Assembly: GCA_041660565.1 (NCBI GenBank) | Contig: JBAZWC010000001.1 | Coordinates: 136,197-172,480, forward strand | Length of the DNA: 36,284 nt | Reading direction: 5' to 3' | Source of the DNA: Patescibacteria group bacterium | GTDB taxonomy: Bacteria > Patescibacteriota > UBA1384 > CAJBMM01 | Part shown: piece after piece, positions 18,254 to 25,719 of the stretch | Position numbering within the stretch: the stretch's first letter is position 1 | Layout: each line of letters starts with the position of its first letter | Notes under the pieces: generated by a model | Database searches by the model: none | The model's input: the letters and a program-made list of their open reading frames with translations, nothing else | What the model was told of the DNA's origin: nothing | Made by a program: the position numbers and the translations under genes

Positions 18254-19261
18254 ATGGACGATTTAGTCAAACGTATTGAACAACTCAAACAAACCTTAAG
18301 CATTGACCAAAAACAAATTCGGGTTGATCAGCTTAACGTAGAGCTACAAAATGGCGATGTTTGGCAGAATCCAGATGAAGCAAGCCAGATGTCTCAAGAA
18401 TTAGCGGATCTTAAAAATCAAATTGACCAATGGCAGACTGTTTATGAAATGGTGATGGCGGGGGATTCGTCTGACCGAGAGTATTTGGAAAACCAGCTAC
18501 ACGAGCTTGAGCTGGTTACATATCTTAACCAGCCCCATGACAGCGCCGATGCCATTTTATCCGTCCACGCGGGCACAGGTGGGGTAGAGGCGATGGACTG
18601 GGCGTTGATGTTGCTTCGAATGTATCTGCGCTACGCGGAAAAAAAGGGATGGCGAGTAGAAACACTGGAAAAAACCGACGCCGAAGAAGCAGGTATTAAA
18701 AGTGCAACTATCAGAATTAAAACAGCCAACGCTTATGGATTTATGCGCGGCGAGGCCGGAGTACATCGTCTGGTGCGTCTTTCGCCATTTAATGCACAGC
18801 ATTTACGTCAAACCTCATTTGCCTTAGTTGAAGTTGTACCCGAAATAATCAAAACTAAATTAGACATTCCAGATAAAGATTTACGCATCGATGTCTATCG
18901 CGCTTCCGGGCATGGTGGTCAAGGTGTGAACACCACCGATTCCGCGGTCCGCATTACTCACATCCCCACAAATATTGTGGTGACGTGCCAAAATGAACGC
19001 AGCCAAATGCAAAATAAAGAAAGTGCGATGCGCATTTTGCAATCGCGGTTGCTGCTGATGATGGAGAAAGAAGACGCCACCGAACTAAACAAGCTGAAAC
19101 CGCAGGTGCAAGGATCGTGGGGGAATCAAATTCGCAGCTATGTAATGCAGCCATATACTATGGTTAAAGATCATCGTACCGAGGTAGAAACAAGCGATGT
19201 GGGTGCGGTGTTAGATGGCGATCTGGATCGTTTCATTCAAGCAGAATTGGTTCTACAATAA
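18254..19261 (+). CDS. prfB: peptide chain release factor 2 (no programmed frameshift)
   Basis: ATG at 18254 with GGGAGA upstream. The SPF tripeptide (RLSPFNAQ) marks RF2, and the GGQ motif is present (SGHGGQGVNTTDSA). The reading frame is continuous from the start. Confidence 0.9.
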   Translation: MDDLVKRIEQLKQTLSIDQKQIRVDQLNVELQNGDVWQNPDEASQMSQELADLKNQIDQWQTVYEMVMAGDSSDREYLENQLHELELVTYLNQPHDSADAILSVHAGTGGVEAMDWALMLLRMYLRYAEKKGWRVETLEKTDAEEAGIKSATIRIKTANAYGFMRGEAGVHRLVRLSPFNAQHLRQTSFALVEVVPEIIKTKLDIPDKDLRIDVYRASGHGGQGVNTTDSAVRITHIPTNIVVTCQNERSQMQNKESAMRILQSRLLLMMEKEDATELNKLKPQVQGSWGNQIRSYVMQPYTMVKDHRTEVETSDVGAVLDGDLDRFIQAELVLQ

Positions 19262-19267
19262 TATTAG

Positions 19268-19942
19268 ATGTTAAACGTATTATTACTCATTTTTGCCATA
19301 TTTTTGATCGGAATGATGATTCCGTACCTTTTGGCTCAAAGCATTTTGGGGCCGGTTTTTAGATTGTTTGTAGTGCCGGGAGTAATTTTGCACGAACTGG
19401 CACACGCTGGCGTTTGTTTGATTACCGGTACCAAGATTCACCGGATTCGTGTTTTTAAACGTACCGGTGGCGAAGTGGCGCACGAACAATCTAAAATTCC
19501 GATTATCGGTCCGCTTCTTATCACCATGGCCCCAATTATGGCTGGGCTATTGGCGTTGGTTTGGCTTGGGTCGCGCATAATAGACACTAGTGCGGTCAAA
19601 CTTGGCACGTCAATTAATGATTTCGGTCCGTTTCTAATGTCTGTAATCAGATCAGCCCATTGGCAAAGTGCTACCGCAGTGCTGTGGATCTATTTGATAT
19701 TGGCTATTGGTGCCACTATGACCCCAAGCTTTCAGGATCTCAAAAATTCCGCTTTGTCTTTTGTGATTATCGCGGCGGCAATTATCGCCATCTTTAAAAC
19801 CGGATTTTTAGAAACGCAATTAACCCAATTGGCTGTTAGCATCACCCCCGCCCTGACTTTGGTGCTGTTTATTATGTTGTTAGTGTGGTGTTTGGCGATG
19901 TTAATCTATCTTTTGAGCGGAATTTTTGGTATAAATAGGTAA
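19268..19942 (+). CDS. polytopic membrane protein with HExxH motif (putative membrane metalloprotease-like)
   Basis: 224 aa, ~6 hydrophobic segments. GVILHELAHAGVC lies at the end of TM2. Family not assigned. Confidence 0.5.
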   Translation: MLNVLLLIFAIFLIGMMIPYLLAQSILGPVFRLFVVPGVILHELAHAGVCLITGTKIHRIRVFKRTGGEVAHEQSKIPIIGPLLITMAPIMAGLLALVWLGSRIIDTSAVKLGTSINDFGPFLMSVIRSAHWQSATAVLWIYLILAIGATMTPSFQDLKNSALSFVIIAAAIIAIFKTGFLETQLTQLAVSITPALTLVLFIMLLVWCLAMLIYLLSGIFGINR

Positions 19943-20004
19943 GCGCTACGCGCAAATTTTAAATTTTAAATTTTTAATTTTAAAACAAATGGAATGGAGT
20001 CAAT

Positions 20005-20307
20005 ATGTTTGATAAAGCAAAACAGTTGTATGATCTGCAAAAACAGGCCCGGGCAATTCAAAAAGAGCTAAAAGATACCGAAATTGAGGCGGTTTCGGCA
20101 ACCGGTAAAGTAAAAGTGCGTTTTAACGGCGAACAGCACATTTTGGGTGTGGAAATCGACGAGTCTTTAGTTGCCGAGGGTCAAAAACGGGAAGTGGAAA
20201 AAGCGATTCAACAGGTTGTGGCAGAAGCCATCGCCAAATCGCAAACAGTGGCTGCCGAGAAGATGAAAGCAATCGCGGGTAACCTCAATATTCCCGGATT
20301 ATCATAA
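20005..20307 (+). CDS. ybaB: YbaB/EbfC-family nucleoid-associated protein
   Basis: 100 aa. Helical N-terminus (LQKQARAIQKELKDTEIEA), GKVKVRFNGEQHILGVEIDESL, C-terminal NIPGL. Confidence 0.85.
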   Translation: MFDKAKQLYDLQKQARAIQKELKDTEIEAVSATGKVKVRFNGEQHILGVEIDESLVAEGQKREVEKAIQQVVAEAIAKSQTVAAEKMKAIAGNLNIPGLS

Positions 20308-20312
20308 AAAGT

Positions 20313-20888
20313 ATGAAAAACATCCACCTTTACGTCGGATTAGGCAATCCGGATAAAAAATATCAATTAACGCGTCATAATATTGGATTTAGGGTGATAG
20401 ATGCGTTGGTTGATCGTTTGCATTATGAAAAACCCGATCATGCGCACGGGGCGGAAATTTGGTTACATCAAAACTTGGCTGGCGATAAAATTATTTTGGC
20501 CAAACCAATGACTTATATGAACAATTCCGGCGAAGCGGTGCTAGAGTTAATGCGATTTTTCAAAATCGGTGAAGATGATCTAACGGTAATTCAAGATGAT
20601 ATCGATCTGGATTTGGGATTAATTCGCACCCGAGTTGGTGGGGGAACCGGTGGGCATAACGGCATCGCGTCAATTCAAAATCTATTGGGTCACGAGCATT
20701 TTAAGCGCATTAAGCTTGGGATTGGCCGGCCGGAACATCAAGGCGAGGTAGAGAAATACGTATTGTCGGATTTCGAAGCAGATGAAACAGCAGTCGCTCA
20801 GAAAATGATTGACAGCTCGGCTGATTATGTGCTAAAATTAGTCAATCAAGAAGTAGAATTCAGCGAAGAAACAATCAAGCCGAATTAA
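20313..20888 (+). CDS. pth: peptidyl-tRNA hydrolase
   Basis: 191 aa. LYVGLGNPDKKYQLTRHNIGF, TYMNNSGEAV, and GGHNG. Confidence 0.95.
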   Translation: MKNIHLYVGLGNPDKKYQLTRHNIGFRVIDALVDRLHYEKPDHAHGAEIWLHQNLAGDKIILAKPMTYMNNSGEAVLELMRFFKIGEDDLTVIQDDIDLDLGLIRTRVGGGTGGHNGIASIQNLLGHEHFKRIKLGIGRPEHQGEVEKYVLSDFEADETAVAQKMIDSSADYVLKLVNQEVEFSEETIKPN

Positions 20889-20956
20889 AAATTTGAAATT
20901 TGAAATTAACGATGAGTGGGAGCTTCGAAAAAGCGTTATCACCACGAAAGGAAAAC

Positions 20957-21838
20957 ATGGCCAAAACCACTAAGAAAACGGCTGCAATTATTGCAGAGCA
21001 AATCTCGGACGAACGACCAGTTGTAGTTGAAGAAACTACTGACGAATCTCTAAATGACGTTTTACAAGAATCCGGTGCCGGTGCAACGGACGCTGAAGTT
21101 GACGTAGAATCTCCAATTGGCGAAGACAAAGCGGTAGAGCAAAGTGCCAAAGATTTGGCCGAAAACGAAGTTGAAGAAGTTGAAGCGGTAGAAGAACCGG
21201 TTAAAAAACAACATTCAGCTAAGGTTGCGACACCACGAAAAGCGCCACTGCATTTCAAAAAATATCGTGAAGCTGTCAAAGACCTAGATCTAACCCAAAG
21301 TTATTCGGTTGAAGGCGCACTAGAGGTTGTCAAAAAAACCTCGATTACCAAGTTTGACGCCACCGTAGAAGCACACATTAAACTATCGGTGACTAACCAG
21401 CGTGGTGTTATTCATTTACCCTCCGGCAGCGGTAAAGAGAAAAAAGTAATGGTAGTTACGGCAGATAATATCGATGCCTTTATTACTCAAGTTGAAGCAG
21501 GGAAAATCGATTTTGATATTGTAGTAGCTATTCCTTCAGTAATGCCAAAATTAGCCAAAACTGCCAAAATATTGGGACCTAAAGGGTTAATGCCTAATCC
21601 GAAATCCGGCACGGTTACCGAAGATGTTGAAAAAGCCAAAGCCGAGTTTGCTTCTGGCCGCGTTGAGTACAAACAAGACAAAGGTGGTGTGGTGCATTTG
21701 GGCATTGGTAAAGTTTCAATGACGCCCGAACAGCTAAAAGGCAACTACTTGGCGCTTGTTTCGGCATTGCCTCAGCCAAAAATTCAATCGATTTATCTAT
21801 CTTCAACCATGGGCCCCGCGGTAAAAGTGTCGCTGTAA
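20957..21838 (+). CDS. rplA: 50S ribosomal protein L1 with a ~95-aa acidic N-terminal extension
   Basis: ATG at 20957 (MAKTTKK); the ORF-track TTG at 20900 is probably an extension. The L1 core starts around HFKKYREAV and includes ILGPKGLMPNPKSGTVT. Confidence 0.9.
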   Translation: MAKTTKKTAAIIAEQISDERPVVVEETTDESLNDVLQESGAGATDAEVDVESPIGEDKAVEQSAKDLAENEVEEVEAVEEPVKKQHSAKVATPRKAPLHFKKYREAVKDLDLTQSYSVEGALEVVKKTSITKFDATVEAHIKLSVTNQRGVIHLPSGSGKEKKVMVVTADNIDAFITQVEAGKIDFDIVVAIPSVMPKLAKTAKILGPKGLMPNPKSGTVTEDVEKAKAEFASGRVEYKQDKGGVVHLGIGKVSMTPEQLKGNYLALVSALPQPKIQSIYLSSTMGPAVKVSL

Positions 21839-21842
21839 TCAT

Positions 21843-21871
21843 CTGTCATTCCCGCGAAGGCGGGAATCCAG
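21843..21871 (+). repeat. TGTCAT-headed palindromic unit
   Basis: ctgtcattcccgcgaaggcgggaatccag, with stem attcccgc / gcgggaat, 5 nt after the rplA stop. Confidence 0.7.
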
Positions 21872-21896
21872 TCTATGAAAAACTAACTCCTATTTC

Positions 21897-22009
21897 GTAG
21901 CCCAGACTTCTTGACCTGCCGTAGCTCGAAGAGCGAAGGAGGTTAGTCTGCTCATTGGTACGCTACCTCCTACGCTAAAGCTTCGGAAGGTCAGGGAAGC
22001 GTGGGCTAC
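21897..22009. repeat. long imperfect hairpin (~45-nt arms)
   Basis: gtagcccagacttcttgacctgccgtagctcgaagagcgaaggaggt is roughly complementary to acctcctacgctaaagcttcggaaggtcagggaagcgtgggctac. Confidence 0.6.
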
Positions 22010-22073
22010 GGACGTTCTTTAATACGAGAATCACAACCGATGTTAGGTGTGTCCACAAAGGAGGGACACAGAA

Positions 22074-22703
22074 ATGGCCTCGCAAACAGCAAGCCCATCA
22101 TGCTACGTGAATCCGCATGAATGGGAAGAGCGCGAAGTGACGGAATGTACCCGCCTATTCAGGTTAACCAACATTCCGGAGTGGGATGGGCTACGAGACC
22201 GCATAAGCAGGTGTCCGGTTTGGGGGACTACTTGCATTGCAGTCCCGCTGTGCATGACACGTCCACAGCTGCTTGAAATGCTGATGATGCTGGGTGTCAA
22301 GATCGCGGGAAATGACCCAGTGGCGGCAGATTGCGAGGGGGAGGATTACCCCCTTCGAGTCGGCACATTCGGGGTCGATCTGCCATGGTTTTTTGCCCGC
22401 CGCGAGTTGGGCGAGCACCCATTTGGTTTTCCACTTGACAGTATGGGTGCCCTTTACCGGTCTATGGGTGCTTACGGTATCGCGCCGGTCGAGTTGGCGC
22501 TCTGGGCAATCGCGCGACACGTCGCTTCTGGCGGTGCATTGCCAACACTACCAACATGGATCGCCGGCCTCAATGTTGTGGGAGGCGGATCGATATTGGC
22601 GCTTGACATGGCCAACGGTCCGTTGAGGATTACCGCCGTTGCACACAACATCCAAGCGTCGAACATTGCCGGCCTGCCATGGTATTTCGCGCCGGCACGG
22701 TGA
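22074..22703 (+). CDS. hypothetical protein, no signal peptide (GC-rich cassette 2)
   Basis: ATG at 22074 with AAGGAGGG at 22058-22065. 209 aa and GC-rich (37/60 G+C hand-counted at 22441-22500). No motif recognised. Several overlapping ORFs in other frames are expected for GC-rich DNA. Confidence 0.55.
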   Translation: MASQTASPSCYVNPHEWEEREVTECTRLFRLTNIPEWDGLRDRISRCPVWGTTCIAVPLCMTRPQLLEMLMMLGVKIAGNDPVAADCEGEDYPLRVGTFGVDLPWFFARRELGEHPFGFPLDSMGALYRSMGAYGIAPVELALWAIARHVASGGALPTLPTWIAGLNVVGGGSILALDMANGPLRITAVAHNIQASNIAGLPWYFAPAR

Positions 22704-22780
22704 GCCAACATCGCGATTCGCACTGGGCGCTTGGGTCAACACGACCCCGGCGCCCGTTTATTTCTCCTCACCTCTCCGAG

Positions 22781-22912
22781 CCGTAGGTCTACGAGCCGGT
22801 GGCCGGCCTACGGCCACCCTCTCCTCTTGGAGGAGAGGGGACAATAGGAATTCCTTCTCCTCTGGAGGAGAAGGTGGAACGCTAAGCGTCCCGTAACCCC
22901 GCTTAGCGGGGT
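22781..22912. repeat. cluster of five short GC-rich palindromic units
   Basis: The units are: ccgtagg...cctacgg (22781-22813); ccctctcctc-ttg-gaggagaggg (22817-22839); ccttctcctc-tg-gaggagaagg (22853-22874); ggaacgctaagcgtccc (22876-22892); ccccgcttagcgggg (22896-22910). The last two are an inverted copy of 1455-1492. Confidence 0.75.
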
Positions 22913-22947
22913 GCCTGTAAGGCGGATGAGGAGGGAATCAAAAATCA

Positions 22948-22976
22948 TTGACAATTACAATCAAATAAGATAAGAT
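22948..22976 (+). promoter_or_regulatory. sigma-70-like promoter candidate for rplJL
   Basis: TTGACA (22948-22953), 17-nt spacer, TAAGAT (22971-22976). Confidence 0.4.
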
Positions 22977-23115
22977 ATAAATAAGTTTCCAAAGACCATC
23001 AGGCCGCTAACGCGGGTAATCTTGTAAAAGTACTGATGCAGGAGCAAAGTCAATCAAAAGACAGCTGCTTTTACTTTGGACACAGAGCAGTTTTTTATTT
23101 GCGAACGGAGTAAAA
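22977..23115 (+). promoter_or_regulatory. possible rplJ (L10) leader with attenuator-like hairpin
   Basis: A ~140-nt untranslated leader ends in ctgct...agcag followed by ttttttattt (23065-23100), just before the rplJ Shine-Dalgarno. L10 leaders are known in other bacteria, but I cannot confirm the fold by eye. Confidence 0.3.
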
Positions 23116-23637
23116 ATGGCCAAAACCAAAGAAGCCAAAAATCAACTTAAAGACAGTTTGTCCGATAAACTTAAGCGCGCCAAAATTGCGGTGCTATTAA
23201 AATATCAGGGCTTAAAGGTCAAAGATTTAGAAGAGCTACGCAAAAGCTTGCGAAATATGGGTATCGACATGGTTGTGCCCAAAAACTCTATCGCTAAAAT
23301 TAGCTTGAAAGAGCAGGGGATAGAAGTTACTGGTGATGCCTTTAGTCAACCATTGGCGATGATCTTTTCTTATGATGACGAAGTCAAACCGGCTAAAGAA
23401 ATCACATTGTTTGCTAAATCCCACGAAATTGTGGAAATTTTAGGTGGAATTTTGGAAAACAAGATGATTGACGCCAGCGTTATCAAACAGCTATCCACTT
23501 TGCCATCACGTGAAGAGTTGCTTGCCAAAATGGTTGGCTCCATCGCTTCGCCGCTTAACGGATTGGTCAATGTTTTGTCCGGAGTGCCGCGTAGCCTGGT
23601 TAACGCCTTAAAACAAATCGAATTACAAAAAAAGTAA
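23116..23637 (+). CDS. rplJ: 50S ribosomal protein L10
   Basis: 173 aa. The position immediately upstream of rplL and the L10-like N-terminus (KEAKNQLKDSLSDKLKRAKIAVLLKYQGLKVKDLEELRKSLR). Confidence 0.93.
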   Translation: MAKTKEAKNQLKDSLSDKLKRAKIAVLLKYQGLKVKDLEELRKSLRNMGIDMVVPKNSIAKISLKEQGIEVTGDAFSQPLAMIFSYDDEVKPAKEITLFAKSHEIVEILGGILENKMIDASVIKQLSTLPSREELLAKMVGSIASPLNGLVNVLSGVPRSLVNALKQIELQKK

Positions 23638-23662
23638 AAAATAAATCCAAGAAAGGAATACA

Positions 23663-24058
23663 ATGTCAGACGAAAAATCATTTCAAGATTTAATGGACAA
23701 AATTGAAAAAATGTCCGTGCTTGAATTATCCGAGTTCGTAAAAGCGCTCGAAGAGAAATTTGGAGTTACTGCCGCCGCTCCTATGATGATGGCTGGTGGT
23801 GCTGCTCCTGCTGCCGGTGCAGCTGCTGAGCCAGAAGAAGAGAAAACCAGCTTTACGGTTGTGTTGGCTGCTTCCGGTGATCAGAAGATCAACGTGATCA
23901 AAGCGGTACGCGAAGTGCGATCAGACTTGGGCTTAAAAGAAGCCAAAGATTTGGTAGATGCTGCGCCTAAAACCGTTTTAGAGAACGCTAGCAAAGCCGA
24001 TGCCGAAGCCGCCAAAGAAAAATTGACTGCTGCCGGTGCCACTGTTGAATTAAAGTAA
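23663..24058 (+). CDS. rplL: 50S ribosomal protein L7/L12
   Basis: 131 aa. An Ala-rich hinge ([24 protein letters not shown]) and the C-terminal domain [25 protein letters not shown]...GATVELK. Confidence 0.95.
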   Translation: MSDEKSFQDLMDKIEKMSVLELSEFVKALEEKFGVTAAAPMMMAGGAAPAAGAAAEPEEEKTSFTVVLAASGDQKINVIKAVREVRSDLGLKEAKDLVDAAPKTVLENASKADAEAAKEKLTAAGATVELK

Positions 24059-24083
24059 TCATTTAATTTGCAAATCGAAAAGC

Positions 24084-24114
24084 AGAGAGGCAGCTGTTAA
24101 AGGCTGTCTTTTTG
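24084..24114 (+). terminator. rho-independent terminator after rplL
   Basis: agagaggcagc / gctgtcttttt stem (with G-U pairs) running into a T-run. Confidence 0.6.
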
Positions 24115-24124
24115 TGAAAAACAT

Positions 24125-25447
24125 ATGAAAAACGGACAATTCAAATTAATCGCCACATCAGGCAAAGCTCGTGCTGGGGAATTGCAGACAGCGCATGGTT
24201 TGGTGCAAACACCGTGCTTTATGCCGGTTGGTACCAAGGCTAGCGTCAAATCGCTTGACCCTACAATTCTTGAACAACTAAACGCTCAAGTAGTTTTGGC
24301 AAACACTTATCACCTGGCAATGTCTCCCGGATCAGCACTAATTTCGAAACAGGGTGGATTGCATAACTTTATGCAATGGAATCACCCAATTTTAACCGAT
24401 TCGGGCGGGTTTCAAGTGTTTTCGCTAGGTAAAGGTAAAAAGAACCGCACCGAAGAATCGCCTGATCAGGTGATTCCCGAAGCGACGATTACTGAGGATG
24501 GGGTTACTTTTAAATCGCATCGCGATGGAAGTGAACATTTATTTACCCCGGAAATTGCGATGAAAATTCAGGCAGAGCTTGGCGCTGATATTATTATGGC
24601 GTTTGATGAATGCCCGCCATATCCATCAACCCGAGCTGAATATCTTGCCGGAATGGAGCGAACCCATCGTTGGCTAACCCGCTGTATCAATGAAAAGAAA
24701 TCGCTAGAATCCTCGTCGTCATTTCGACCAAATCAGAAGACGGAGGACGGAGGACAGAATACGGATAATTTGTCATTTCGACCCGGGGAGCGCGTCAGCG
24801 CGACCGCGTTGGAGAAATCTCAAGAAAAAATCCCCTTCCGCTTTCATCAAAATAGTCCGTCCGATCAATTACTATTTGGCATTGTTCAGGGTGGGGTAGA
24901 CGAAGATCTGCGCAAGACCTCAGCCAAATTTGTGGCATCGCAAAATCTGCCCGGCGTTGCCATTGGGGGAGTGGCTAATGGGGGAGAGAGCCGAGCCGAA
25001 ATGGTGCAGCAAGTGGAATGGGCGCTGGCTGAGCTACCACAGGATAAACCAAGGTATCTAATGGGAATTGGCACGCCGCTAGATTTGCTTGATTTTATAA
25101 CACGGGGGATTGATATGTTTGACTGCGTGTTGCCAACTCGTTTAGGCCGCAATGGCGCATTCTGGATGGTTGAAAATGGCAAGGGAACCAGAGTGCAAAT
25201 TAAAAACTCCAGATTCACTAACGACTCACGCCCGCTAACCGAGGGTTGTAAGTGTGCAACTTGCACCAGATTCAGCCGCGCATACGTTCACCATTTGTTT
25301 GTAGAGAACGAGCCGCTTTCGATGCAATTGTTATCAATTCATAATATATTCATACTTATTGATCTTACGCATCAAATACGCCAAGCAATCATCCAAAACG
25401 AACTCAAAGCATTATCTACCAGTCTGAGGCGAGTCTGGAAAGACTAA
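24125..25447 (+). CDS. tgt: tRNA-guanine (queuine) transglycosylase carrying a ~60-aa in-frame insertion
   Basis: 440 aa. TDSGGFQVFS, LLFGIVQGG, DMFDCVLPTR, and the zinc site CKCATCTRFSRAYVHHL. An extra segment lies between HRWLTRCINEKK and QLLFGIVQGG. Confidence 0.9.
   Translation: MKNGQFKLIATSGKARAGELQTAHGLVQTPCFMPVGTKASVKSLDPTILEQLNAQVVLANTYHLAMSPGSALISKQGGLHNFMQWNHPILTDSGGFQVFSLGKGKKNRTEESPDQVIPEATITEDGVTFKSHRDGSEHLFTPEIAMKIQAELGADIIMAFDECPPYPSTRAEYLAGMERTHRWLTRCINEKKSLESSSSFRPNQKTEDGGQNTDNLSFRPGERVSATALEKSQEKIPFRFHQNSPSDQLLFGIVQGGVDEDLRKTSAKFVASQNLPGVAIGGVANGGESRAEMVQQVEWALAELPQDKPRYLMGIGTPLDLLDFITRGIDMFDCVLPTRLGRNGAFWMVENGKGTRVQIKNSRFTNDSRPLTEGCKCATCTRFSRAYVHHLFVENEPLSMQLLSIHNIFILIDLTHQIRQAIIQNELKALSTSLRRVWKD
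24715..24845 (+). repeat. composite TGTCAT-family repeat inserted in frame within tgt
   Basis: Two left-end copies: cgtcatttcgacc at 24717 and tgtcatttcgaccc at 24771. Then ttggagaaatct (24809-24820) and ccccttcc (24832-24839), in the same order and spacing as in the intergenic element at 1366-1436. Confidence 0.7.
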
Positions 25448-25466
25448 TCCTTAAGTTTTAAAATTT

Positions 25467-25489
25467 AAAATTGAAAATTTTTCAATTTT
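25467..25489 (+). terminator. A/T-only hairpin after tgt (weak terminator candidate)
   Basis: aaaattgaa-aattt-ttcaatttt, within an (aaatttt)n-like tract. Confidence 0.3.
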
Positions 25490-25543
25490 GTGTGTAGATT
25501 TGATCTATTTGAGTAAAAACCGTGCAAATTAACCGTAAAGTAC

Positions 25544-25572
25544 TTGACAAAACGTCTCAGGTATGCTATTAT
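25544..25572 (+). promoter_or_regulatory. sigma-70-like promoter candidate for GC-rich cassette 3
   Basis: TTGACA (25544-25549), 17-nt spacer, TATTAT (25567-25572). Confidence 0.5.
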
Positions 25573-25619
25573 TGTATGTTAAGCTCAATTATTAGTGAGT
25601 TAGCAGTACATTAAAAATT

Positions 25620-25680
25620 GTTAGTGCAACTAAAGCGATTAACAACCTTGGTTGGTTGTTAGTCTCTTAGTCGCACTAAC
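25620..25680 (+). promoter_or_regulatory. long hairpin in the 5' leader of the collagen-like gene
   Basis: Outer stem gttagtgc (25620-25627) / gcactaac (25673-25680) is perfect. Inner arm attaacaacc / ggttgttagt matches 9/10. Confidence 0.5.
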
Positions 25681-25719
25681 GCACATACTCTGAAATTCTC
25701 TGGGAGGAGAAATACGGCC

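Noticed and set aside
20889-20956. An L1-binding autoregulatory mRNA site upstream of the relocated rplA.
   Set aside because: It is an attractive idea because rplA is detached from rplK, but I could not identify a convincing 23S helix-77/78 mimic in the 68-nt spacer.
20875-21279. A 134-aa minus-strand ORF opposite the rplA 5' region, and other short ORFs nested in conserved genes (933-1181, 4268-4498, 7773-8018, 8716-9208 and others).
   Set aside because: All are nested inside or antisense to well-supported genes and have no start-site support.
19954-25492. CRISPR array or tandem-repeat locus suggested by the repetitive A/T tracts.
   Set aside because: The units are ~7 nt with no spacers of unique sequence. 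There is nothing resembling 25-40-nt repeats alternating with spacers, and no cas genes.
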